Source: a virus (Duplodnaviria; Caudoviricetes). Taken from it: 55,124 nt of DNA. The notes under the pieces are model-generated. The model was not told the origin of the DNA and did not search any database. It was given only the letters and a program-made list of their open reading frames with translations. The DNA is taken from the IMG/VR virus record IMGVR_UViG_3300030104_000130, positions 1-55,124 of that record; one strand, given 5' to 3'. This document shows positions 35,702 to 44,900 of this stretch, piece by piece. The position numbers were made by a program, and so were the translations under genes. Positions within the stretch are counted from its first letter, which is position 1. Each line of letters opens with the position of its first letter.

Positions 35702-36682
35702 ATGAGTTTATTAGATACAAGAGATTACTACAAACCTTTTGACAACCCGTGGATGTTTGACTACTATGTGTTACAAAATCAAATGCATTGGATGCCGGAG
35801 TCAGTACCATTACACACAGATGTAAAAGACTGGCAAGAGTTAGACTCTAAAGAAAAGAATTTACTTACTCAAATTTTTAGATTGTTTACTCAATCTGATG
35901 TAGATGTTGGTGCAGGTTATATTGATAGATACATGCGTATCTTTAGAAAGCCTGAAGCTAGAATGATGATGGGGTCTTTTGCTAACATGGAGTCTATTCA
36001 TCAACACGCTTACAGCTTGTTACTTGATACTGTTGGTATGCCTGAGATAGAGTACAAAGCTTTTGCAGAGTACGAAGAGATGGCAGATAAACATGAGTAT
36101 GTTCGTAAACTTAAAACAACTAAGTCTGATAAGAAAAGTATTGCAAAAACTTTAGCAGTCTATTCAGCTTTTACAGAAGGACTACAGTTGTTTAGTAGCT
36201 TTGCAATCTTATTAAACTTTCCAAGGTTTGGTAAAATGAAAGGTATGGGACAGATTGTTACCTATTCTATACGTGATGAGTCTATGCACGTTGAAGCTAT
36301 GACTAAACTATTTAGAGAGTTTATTCAAGAAAACTTAGATATCTGGACAGATGATTTTAAAGCAGAACTTTATGATATATGTCGAACAATGGTAGTATTA
36401 GAAGATAAGTTCTTAGACTTAGTGTTTGATATGGGAGACCTCGAAGGTCTTACCAAGAAAGATATGTATGCTTACAATAGATACATAGCTGACAGAAGAT
36501 TACTCCAGCTTGGTCTTAAAACAAACTATGACCAACGAGAGAATCCGTTAGAATGGTTGGATGAAGTGATGGGTGTTGAACATCAGAACTTCTTTGAAGG
36601 TCGTGCTACTTCTTATATGAAAGCAGGACTACGTGGTAGACAGGATAAAGTAAATTTTGCAAGGATTGGTGATGAGAACTAA
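35702..36682 (+). CDS. nrdB: Ribonucleotide reductase class Ia beta subunit
   Basis: FTQSD, ESIHQHAY, EGLQLFSSF, DESMH, NFFE...SY. Confidence 0.95.
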   Translation: MSLLDTRDYYKPFDNPWMFDYYVLQNQMHWMPESVPLHTDVKDWQELDSKEKNLLTQIFRLFTQSDVDVGAGYIDRYMRIFRKPEARMMMGSFANMESIHQHAYSLLLDTVGMPEIEYKAFAEYEEMADKHEYVRKLKTTKSDKKSIAKTLAVYSAFTEGLQLFSSFAILLNFPRFGKMKGMGQIVTYSIRDESMHVEAMTKLFREFIQENLDIWTDDFKAELYDICRTMVVLEDKFLDLVFDMGDLEGLTKKDMYAYNRYIADRRLLQLGLKTNYDQRENPLEWLDEVMGVEHQNFFEGRATSYMKAGLRGRQDKVNFARIGDEN

Positions 36683-36902
36683 ACGCACCGAAGCAAAGCT
36701 TGTAGGTTACAATTTGTTTTACGACTTGACAGGTAAGCTGGTCACCGAAAGAACCAGCACAGATATAAAAGAACTTAAAAAGTTTTTTACACCTGAAGAA
36801 TATAATACCCTATCTACTGTAGTTAGAGAGATTACAGCTAAATTAGATAAGATTCACAACGAAGTTGAAGCTCATTTAAACGCTAGGATATTAAAAGATT
36901 AA
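36657..36902 (+). CDS. Hypothetical protein (start possibly 36672)
   Basis: Last gene of + arm; stop overlaps stop of convergent gene. Confidence 0.6.
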   Translation: MQGLVMRTKRTEAKLVGYNLFYDLTGKLVTERTSTDIKELKKFFTPEEYNTLSTVVREITAKLDKIHNEVEAHLNARILKD

Positions 36903-37267
36903 CCAGCTAAAGGATTCTTATTTTCTTCCTTAAATATTTTAATATCAGTCTTAACACTTTCGATATCAGCTTTCATAGCTGACATATCAGACTTGATGGC
37001 TTCGACTTTGTTAGACTGATTATCAATCTTAATTAAAATAGTTTCATCAATCGTCTTGTTCATGTAAGACACAGAAGTTTCTAACGCTTCTATTCTTTTT
37101 TCAATCTCACCTAAACCATCATCAGTTTCTTTAGCTTGTTGAGCTTTTGATTCTAAGTTCTCAATCCTATTGACATAGGTTGCACCAGTATATCCAAACC
37201 CTGCAAGAGTTCCAATGATACCCATCAACGCAATAAACTGTGTTGTTTTATTTTGTAACCAATCCAT
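36899..37267 (-). CDS. Membrane-anchored coiled-coil protein (i-spanin-like architecture)
   Basis: N-terminal TM then long heptad repeat; GGAG RBS. Confidence 0.65.
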   Translation of the reverse strand: MDWLQNKTTQFIALMGIIGTLAGFGYTGATYVNRIENLESKAQQAKETDDGLGEIEKRIEALETSVSYMNKTIDETILIKIDNQSNKVEAIKSDMSAMKADIESVKTDIKIFKEENKNPLAG

Positions 37268-37278
37268 ATTATTCTCCG

Positions 37279-37680
37279 TTATTTACTTTGCCAATCCTCA
37301 ATGGCTTTTTTTATACTTTCTTCTGCTAACACACTACAATGTAATTTTATAGGTGGTAACTCTAATGAATCTGCTATGTCTTTATCTTTAATTGCCATAG
37401 CTTCTTCAATTGTTTTGCCCTTTAACATATCAACAAACATTGTGCTTGATGCTATTGCTGATCCACAGCCATAAGTTTTAAACTTAACATCATCAATGAT
37501 ATGTCTGTTGCCCTGCAACTTACATTTAATTTGTAATTTCATTACATCTCCACATGCAGGAGCACCTACAAGACCAGTGCCAACATTTAAATCTTTAGGG
37601 TCAAATCTACCTACTGAATATTTATCAGGATTATTTAAAACTCCTTCAAACCTATCTACAACTTTACTTGAGTATGCCAT
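37279..37680 (-). CDS. iscU: Fe-S cluster scaffold protein IscU
   Basis: MAYSSKV, GAPACGDVMKL, FKTYGCGSAIAS, LPPIKLHCS. Confidence 0.95.
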   Translation of the reverse strand: MAYSSKVVDRFEGVLNNPDKYSVGRFDPKDLNVGTGLVGAPACGDVMKLQIKCKLQGNRHIIDDVKFKTYGCGSAIASSTMFVDMLKGKTIEEAMAIKDKDIADSLELPPIKLHCSVLAEESIKKAIEDWQSK

Positions 37681-37880
37681 TAAAATACCTTTGAATTTAC
37701 ATAAAAAACTAATAACATTAAACCAAAAACTACAACTTGTACCACAGACATAATAGCTACAATATTCATTTGTCTATCTGCCCACCAGTTTAGTTCAGTT
37801 TCTTGCCACTTTAAAAACTCTTCAGGCGATGCTTCATTTGGTTTGTTTAATAATAAACTTTGTTGTTGTGGTATTTTCAT
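37680..37880 (-). CDS. Small membrane protein
   Basis: C-terminal TM helix; TAATG coupling. Confidence 0.6.
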   Translation of the reverse strand: MKIPQQQSLLLNKPNEASPEEFLKWQETELNWWADRQMNIVAIMSVVQVVVFGLMLLVFYVNSKVF

Positions 37881-37881
37881 T

Positions 37882-39858
37882 TTATAATGGTGGCTGCATT
37901 TTTCTCATTTCAACTAAGGTATCTAAACTTTGTCCTGCCATTTGATAAAAACCTTCGATGTTATCTGACAACATATTGTTAGCATATATATCTGTAGACT
38001 CATACCACATATCTTGATCGGGTAATGTAACTAATCTATAATTATTAAAGTTAGGAACAAACCCCATGTAAGCTATGATAGTATTCTCTGACCCATACTC
38101 TCCTGTCTCTTCTTGTTTAGCCTGTACATCTTCTTGTGCATCTTGTAAGTTTTGAGCTATAACATTAGCCACAGTTTGTTCAGCTTCGGTAGCTGATGCA
38201 TCATTAGATACTGAAACATCTATTTGACTTTGTAAAGTTTGAGTAGGTGTTGTACCCACAGCAACACTTGTTGTCTCAACTGATTCAACTTCAACACTTG
38301 TTGAGTTTGTAGAGTCTGTGACATTTGTACTCATGCTTAATACTTGATTGTTTTGTGCAGTAGAAGATGCAAATTGTTCAGATATACTAGGAGAGTTACT
38401 AATACTTACACCGCCACCAGAATTAGATGATGATACGCTAGAAGCTCCTGTCGTGCCACCTGTAGCATGTATAGAGTTTCCTGATGTAGTTCCACTAACA
38501 CTAGCCTTAGCTGTGCTTAGAGTGGACGAGACGACACGTAACGCTGTTTCTTTGCTAATCGAGCTTTCACTTTCTGAAACTTCAGCAACTAGTTCTTCTT
38601 CTATCTCTTCCTCTATAACCTCATCTTCTTCTTCAACAAGTTCTTCAATGAGTTCTTCCTCCGGCTCCTCTGCATACGCAAGTTCTTCTTCCACAATTGT
38701 CTCTTCCTCAAACCATTCCTCCACTTCTTCAATAAATGTTTCTTGAAATACAAATTCTTCAATCATTAAATCTTCAATGGGTACAAAGACTTCTTCATCT
38801 CTTATAAATGGTAGAGGTTCTATAAATTCTTCTAGTGGTTGTAGCTGTTCAAATATTATCATTTCTTCAAACACAAACTCTGGTTCTTCAAACAGCTCGT
38901 ACTCAGGTTCAAAGATATATTCTTCAAATATTTCTGGCTCTTCAAAAGTGTCATACAAAGTGTCATACTCTTCATAACCAAAGTCAAACATTTCTTCTTC
39001 ATATCCGTAGTCAAAATATTCTTCTTCTTGATAGTAACCTATATCTTCTTCTTGTCTGTAGCCTTGACAGAAAGGTCCATACTGGGGGTCTAGATCACAC
39101 TGTAAATCATCATACGCATCCCAATATCCTGCACAGCTTACATCATTCAAAGGATTACTACAGTCAATAGTTTCACTTGTACCATATAATGAACCACCAT
39201 TTTCTAGTAAAGTATTTGCTGCAGTATTATTCCAATCAGTACTCACACACGAGCTAGTATTAGTTGTACCTGTATTACATTCATCGTGAAACAAGTATTG
39301 ATAGTAAGTATCTGAATCTTTTTGTTGACCTATTAATACATCGTGTTGTATAATATCTAATGCACCATATCTAAAATCAAATGTAGAGTTTGTCCAAAGT
39401 ATAACTTCAAAACTGTTATCAGTATTACTACGATTGTACTCTCGCATATTATACCAACCAAAAACTGTTTTATCACTAAAGTTTTTAGCTAACATCTTAG
39501 ACTGATTATCTCTAATTAGGTCAGTCCAAAATGGAAACAGTGTATAGTTGTATTGTGGAAGTGGGTCAGGTGTATAATCACCACAGTAATTATTATAGTT
39601 TACGTTACCTGTACCTAACCCAAAATGCAGACAGCCATTCGTAGCCATACGAGCAGATGTAAATTGTTGGTCGTAAAAGTTAAACGTAAAATCTAAATTA
39701 AAAGCAGACGAAAGCTGATCGTCTCCTGAGTTTAGACTGGTGGTGTTTGATTCGTTTGTAAGGTCTATTAAAGGTTGATTACCTTCAGGTATGTATTCAC
39801 TAAATACATTAAGACTTAATAGACACGCTACTGCGTAGCATAAAATTCTTTTTTGCAT
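37882..39858 (-). CDS. Exported protein: NIDO-like domain, Cys repeats, long Glu-rich tract, Ser/Thr linker
   Basis: Signal peptide MQKRILCYAVACLLSLNVFS; DD...F.FNFY...TNG.L.F...PFWTDL. Confidence 0.7.
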   Translation of the reverse strand: MQKRILCYAVACLLSLNVFSEYIPEGNQPLIDLTNESNTTSLNSGDDQLSSAFNLDFTFNFYDQQFTSARMATNGCLHFGLGTGNVNYNNYCGDYTPDPLPQYNYTLFPFWTDLIRDNQSKMLAKNFSDKTVFGWYNMREYNRSNTDNSFEVILWTNSTFDFRYGALDIIQHDVLIGQQKDSDTYYQYLFHDECNTGTTNTSSCVSTDWNNTAANTLLENGGSLYGTSETIDCSNPLNDVSCAGYWDAYDDLQCDLDPQYGPFCQGYRQEEDIGYYQEEEYFDYGYEEEMFDFGYEEYDTLYDTFEEPEIFEEYIFEPEYELFEEPEFVFEEMIIFEQLQPLEEFIEPLPFIRDEEVFVPIEDLMIEEFVFQETFIEEVEEWFEEETIVEEELAYAEEPEEELIEELVEEEDEVIEEEIEEELVAEVSESESSISKETALRVVSSTLSTAKASVSGTTSGNSIHATGGTTGASSVSSSNSGGGVSISNSPSISEQFASSTAQNNQVLSMSTNVTDSTNSTSVEVESVETTSVAVGTTPTQTLQSQIDVSVSNDASATEAEQTVANVIAQNLQDAQEDVQAKQEETGEYGSENTIIAYMGFVPNFNNYRLVTLPDQDMWYESTDIYANNMLSDNIEGFYQMAGQSLDTLVEMRKMQPPL

Positions 39859-40919
39859 TGCCTTTTAGTTTTAGTTTTTCTTGTATATATAACTTTAACC
39901 GCCCCAACAACATCTTTGTTAATCTTATCTCTGTTAGGGTTTCTATCGTGTGTGCATTGCTGTATAAAAAGTTTCTCTTGCTCTTTAGCATCGGGTCTTT
40001 TAGATTTGTTTTCTGCCCAAGCAACTGTAGCTTCTTTACCTATCTTACCTTGGTAAGGGCAAGGAGTACCAGCCATTTCCATAGCTTTAAATACTCTTGG
40101 GTCTTGACAAAGTATAGATACTGAAGCGACTTTCATACCGGTATCATAGAGATACTTGGAAAGTTTTAAGCGTTCACAGTTCTCGTCAGTCACAGTTGCT
40201 CCTGTAGAGAACCCAAATACTTGCCCTTGAAACGCACCAGAACGACCTACCGTACATAAGTCTTGTGAATAAGACATTATAGATGGGGCAATAGCAGAAG
40301 CAGGAGGTGCCTTGCTTTTGACATTCTGATTAATTGTTTGGGTAGAGTTAGACTCATTAATATTTCTGTTCGTATTATCAGATGTAGTGTTATTATTATT
40401 GTTGTTAGTATTTTCAGTAGTAACATTAGAGTCTGATGTAGATTGATTAATGTTTGTGTTAGTATTTGTATTAGTATTATTACTTGTAGAATTACTTGTA
40501 TTGTTTACATTTTGATTTACTGTAGAATTTACAGTAGAGTTTGATGTAGACGTAGAAGTATTTATATTTGTATTAGTATTATTATTGTTATTAGTATTCG
40601 TAGAGGTAGAGGTATTAATGTTATTATTGGTTGATGTATTAACATTAGTATTATTATTGGTAGAAGTATTAGTGTTTGTATTTACATTAGTATTACTATT
40701 AGTATTAGTATTAGTGTTAGTATTATTATTAGTATTATTATTAGTATTAGTATTCGTAGTTACTGTAGTATTAATAGTAGTCAAACCATTGTCTTCACAA
40801 TACTGTGTACCTGAAGTACAGTCTCCTGTTTGGTCGGCACTTACACTAAATGAAAGTAAAAACAAACCTATTAAAATTAACGGTCCAAAAAATCCTCTAT
40901 TTATATCCCCTCTTGACAC
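39828..40919 (-). CDS. Exported Asn/Thr-rich protein with Cys-rich C-terminal domain (start GTG 40919)
   Basis: GGAGG RBS; signal peptide ending SVSA; ~150 aa N/T/S tract; SAIAP..DLC..NCERLK..LCQD..TPCP. Confidence 0.75.
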   Translation of the reverse strand: MSRGDINRGFFGPLILIGLFLLSFSVSADQTGDCTSGTQYCEDNGLTTINTTVTTNTNTNNNTNNNTNTNTNTNSNTNVNTNTNTSTNNNTNVNTSTNNNINTSTSTNTNNNNNTNTNINTSTSTSNSTVNSTVNQNVNNTSNSTSNNTNTNTNTNINQSTSDSNVTTENTNNNNNNTTSDNTNRNINESNSTQTINQNVKSKAPPASAIAPSIMSYSQDLCTVGRSGAFQGQVFGFSTGATVTDENCERLKLSKYLYDTGMKVASVSILCQDPRVFKAMEMAGTPCPYQGKIGKEATVAWAENKSKRPDAKEQEKLFIQQCTHDRNPNRDKINKDVVGAVKVIYTRKTKTKRQCKKEFYATQ

Positions 40920-40920
40920 T

Positions 40921-41295
40921 TTATTTATCTCCTCCCGGTTTTTTAGATGTGCTAGTATAAAGACCAAACCATGCAGCTCCTGCACCTACAACAACAGATA
41001 TTAAACCTGATTGTTCCATTGTAGGATTGTCTAGTCCCATAAACCAAAATGTTGTATAATATAATAAATACATGTAGACACCTAAAAATGCTCTAGGTAT
41101 TATTCTCCAACTGTCTACAGCTTGTGCTACAAATATTAATTTTTGATAAGGGTTATCATTTTTAGTATCTTCTAACTCTCTTATCCTATCTTTTAATTCT
41201 GACTTTTCTTGTAACAAAGCCATGAATTTATTAAGGTCTATCTCAACCTCGTTCCTGTCCATGTCGCCACTAAAGCCACCCATATTGTTTTGCAT
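40921..41295 (-). CDS. Membrane protein, holin-like
   Basis: Coiled coil then WRIIPR and two TM helices. Confidence 0.55.
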   Translation of the reverse strand: MQNNMGGFSGDMDRNEVEIDLNKFMALLQEKSELKDRIRELEDTKNDNPYQKLIFVAQAVDSWRIIPRAFLGVYMYLLYYTTFWFMGLDNPTMEQSGLISVVVGAGAAWFGLYTSTSKKPGGDK

Positions 41296-41304
41296 AATAT
41301 CCTC

Positions 41305-41736
41305 TTACTTTTTAACTAAGCTACCACCAAAATACATACCGATAATAGCTGATACAAGGTTTGTATCTAATTGTGTTATTACCAAGCCTTGAAAAGTTAT
41401 CCATTCAAATATCTCTCTATCATCTGAGAAGAATAAAAAGCCCGGTTGAAATAGTGTGTATCCTACTGTTACATCTACATCTGGATAGTAAACAGCTACC
41501 AGTTTAGGTAGTATAACAATTGCAAAAACAGATGATAGTGCAATTATACGTCTGGTCCACTGGAATCCTTTGTCTTGTACGTTACGTGCAGACTCTACAG
41601 CTTTAAGTTGAAACTCACCTCTTGTAATCAACATCTTTTGCTCATCTTGTTTAGCCTTCATACGTTGAGACCATAGACTTAACACACTACTAAGAAGTGT
41701 TGAGCCAAGCATTGTTATAATTTCAAAAGGGAACAT
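41305..41736 (-). CDS. Holin-like membrane protein
   Basis: Hydrophobic N-helix, WTRRII TM, C-terminal IIGMYFG. Confidence 0.55.
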   Translation of the reverse strand: MFPFEIITMLGSTLLSSVLSLWSQRMKAKQDEQKMLITRGEFQLKAVESARNVQDKGFQWTRRIIALSSVFAIVILPKLVAVYYPDVDVTVGYTLFQPGFLFFSDDREIFEWITFQGLVITQLDTNLVSAIIGMYFGGSLVKK

Positions 41737-41737
41737 A

Positions 41738-41974
41738 TTATTTATCCAGTGTTAAAGTTGTTTCAAGTAAATCGTTTATAGAATCTAATAAATACTCTGG
41801 TACATCTTTACCAAGTATATCATCTTCGTTGTATGCAACCATGTAAGACTCTATAAGGTCTTCATACAATGGTCTAAAATCTTCTCGCTTTATCCAAGGC
41901 TCGTTACAAATTGTACGAGCTTTACAATCTATACGATAAGCTTTGTCTAATTGTTTCTCTGTGTAAAGTAGCAT
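41738..41974 (-). CDS. Hypothetical protein
   Basis: TAATG coupling; operon packing. Confidence 0.6.
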   Translation of the reverse strand: MLLYTEKQLDKAYRIDCKARTICNEPWIKREDFRPLYEDLIESYMVAYNEDDILGKDVPEYLLDSINDLLETTLTLDK

Positions 41975-44900
41975 TAGTCAATTATATTTAATAATTTATT
42001 TGTTGTTTCAATTCTTCTGTCTAAATGTGGCTCACTTGGTTTTTCATATTTTTCTGAAAATTGAATTGCTACTTCATCTGGTGTGCCTTCTTTAAAAATC
42101 CTTTGAAGTTCTTGTCTATCATCTGTATTAAATCCCATTGCTTCCTCATTGCCTTTTAAAACTTCGTGCATAAATTGAATTTGAGATTCCGGTGTATCAT
42201 TTAATTTATTTTTATCTCGCCAATCATCATAATATTTTTTTTGAAAATCAAATTGGAATAAACCATATCCATTACCATTACGTTGTTTAGTTGTATGATC
42301 GTAAGTATACGCTGTTTCAACACCTATGTTGCCTAAGATTCCAGCCCTAGCATTTTTAGAATAGCCTAATTTTTTTAGATAATTATTTATTTTTTGTATT
42401 CGTGCTTGAGATTCATTACCACCATTATTAAATCCTAACCTATTCATTTGTTCTGCATAACTCATACCACCCAAATCATCGCTTTCTCTGTCTTTTGGGT
42501 CTTTCTTTACAAACGATACAGGGTATTCGTCTTGAACTTCTCCACCTTCATCAAAAGGTCTGCGTAATTTTTCAAATTCTGTTCGTCTTACAATGTTAGG
42601 TTCATCACTTAATTCTTCTAAATGAATACCATATTCCGTATCATTAACTACTGGAATAATCAATCTATTATAAACATTAATAAATTCTCTAGCAGGAGTA
42701 GGTTTTAATACAGACACTACAGCACCCTCATAATCACTAGCTTCTAAATTTTTACTAACTTTCATAGGAACTTTTGTTAAAGAGTCTACCTGTGATAAAA
42801 TAGGAGATAGATTTACAATTGGACTTTTACTACCAGAACCAGTCCAGTATTGAAAAGTTCTTAAAAATTTCTCAGCTCTCCAATCCGCAGCTCCAGATAA
42901 GTTTACAGCTTCAGCCCACCATTTTTCACTAAATCTATCTGGTGCGTTTTTTTCATAATACTCTTGAGCTGGACTTGCCATAATTTGTAACTCTCTTATA
43001 CCACCATAAATAGCTGTACTACCTAAAAGTTTAATAGCAAGTTTCATGTCTCCGTCTTCAACTCTTCTAATTAACGTGTTCATCTGAACTGATTTTGCTT
43101 GTGCCCAAGATAAAAATAATCCCATAGATTTAACATAAGGATTTTTACTTTGGTTAAATAACATTCTATTTCCTGCTGTTGGAACTAGAACATCCCTATT
43201 CATTGTTTTGTTTCCAGCCTTAACCAAAATACTTTGACCAATAGAATCATCAAAAGCATCAGTAATCGTATCAAACTTATTAAGATAAGTTAGTTCTTTT
43301 TTAGTTAATCCTTTGGAGTTCAATTGATTTGCTACAGCTTTTGAAACTTTTTTACTTGTAGCATATCTTTTTGCTAATTTAAAACCATCCTCAATACCTG
43401 TGTTAAATGCCCATCTTGCAGCAGCATCGGTAAGTGGTATCATACCATTATATCTAAAAAATTTTTGTGTTGCATCTACAACACCTTGTTCAAAGTTTGT
43501 TGTTGGATGATTACCAGATGCTAATAACGCATCTATTTCTTTAGATTTCATAGAGGTTCGATCAGTAGCAATACCAAGTTTTCTAGCAAAATCTCTATCT
43601 CCTCTCCATCTTGCAAGTAATGCTGTAGAAGCTGACCCAATACTAGAGTTTGTAAATGGTTGGACTAAATCTCCAAGCTGCGAAATAACAGCACGAGGTA
43701 AGAAAGTTGTATTGGCTAAAAATGTAAGTAATGCCATAGAATTTTTAGACATATCTGACACAGGGCTTGTTGCTCCGTGTACTCCAAAGTAAGCATTCGT
43801 AGAATCAATAATTAATTTTCGTTTTTCTTTATATGCTTTTTCACTTATTTTTCCTAGCTCTTTTTGCTTGTATAAATCTTGGAAAAATACTTTCATTCGG
43901 TCACCACGCTGCCCAAACTTACGTGCAAATTCTACACCCCGGGTTGTATTACTTACCCATTTATCTAAAACTTGAACCAAGTTTGTTTCTAAATAAGGTT
44001 CTAATATCTTAATAGCTTTTGGGTCTTTAAAAAATCTTTCTCTTTCAAAGTTTTTAAGATATGGAACTCCTTTAAAAATTGGCTGTGCTCCTTCTATATC
44101 AAACAAAGTTTTTTGAGACTGACCAGTCATATTTTCATAAATTTCTTCTACTTGTGCGTTTAGTTTATTACCTTTTAATTTAGGCTTTTCTACTTTTAAA
44201 GCTTGGCGAATTGCTTTTTTAAATCCTGTGGGATTTGACATAATTTCTCTACTATAAATTTGTGGTAATCCATAGTTAGCAATTTGTTCAAAATCAATTC
44301 CAGCTTGTTTGGCATATTTAACAACATCAGCTTTAAACACTTCAACATTTGCTACAAGTTGTCTAACATTTTTAATATTTTCGGGAGTTAAATTAAATTC
44401 TTTAATTAAATTTTTCTCTGTATCTAATTGTCTTACAATTTTAAAAGCTGCATTCATTTCATTTTCGTTTGCATTTTTTAAAACTTTTGCAATTCTACCA
44501 GAGAACCAAACATTAAAAGAATCTGTTGCTTGTTCTGCACTTATAATTGATTTTTTTCTTCCGTCTAAAACAGTAAATAATGTTCTAGCAAAAGTTTCAT
44601 TTGGTCCACCATGTGCAATGTTTCTAGTTGTTATATTACCGGATGTCCAAACTTTTAAAAAGTTATGAAGCCCAACCGCAGCAGAATTATTTAAAAATCC
44701 AAATGCTTTTTCTTTAGAATCTTTTGTTAAGTATGGAGTTTTTTCAATCATTCTACTCATTCCACCTAACGCTAAACCAGCAGCCATAAAAGAATATTGT
44801 GAAGTATTATCATCTTCGTCACCAACAAACGTACCAATACTATAACCTAAACCACCACCAAACAATGGTCGAACAAATCCATCCATAATGTTAAGTAACA

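Noticed and set aside
40320-40790. Non-coding microsatellite or assembly artefact
   Set aside because: Imperfect, codon-varied, in frame within an ORF that has a signal peptide
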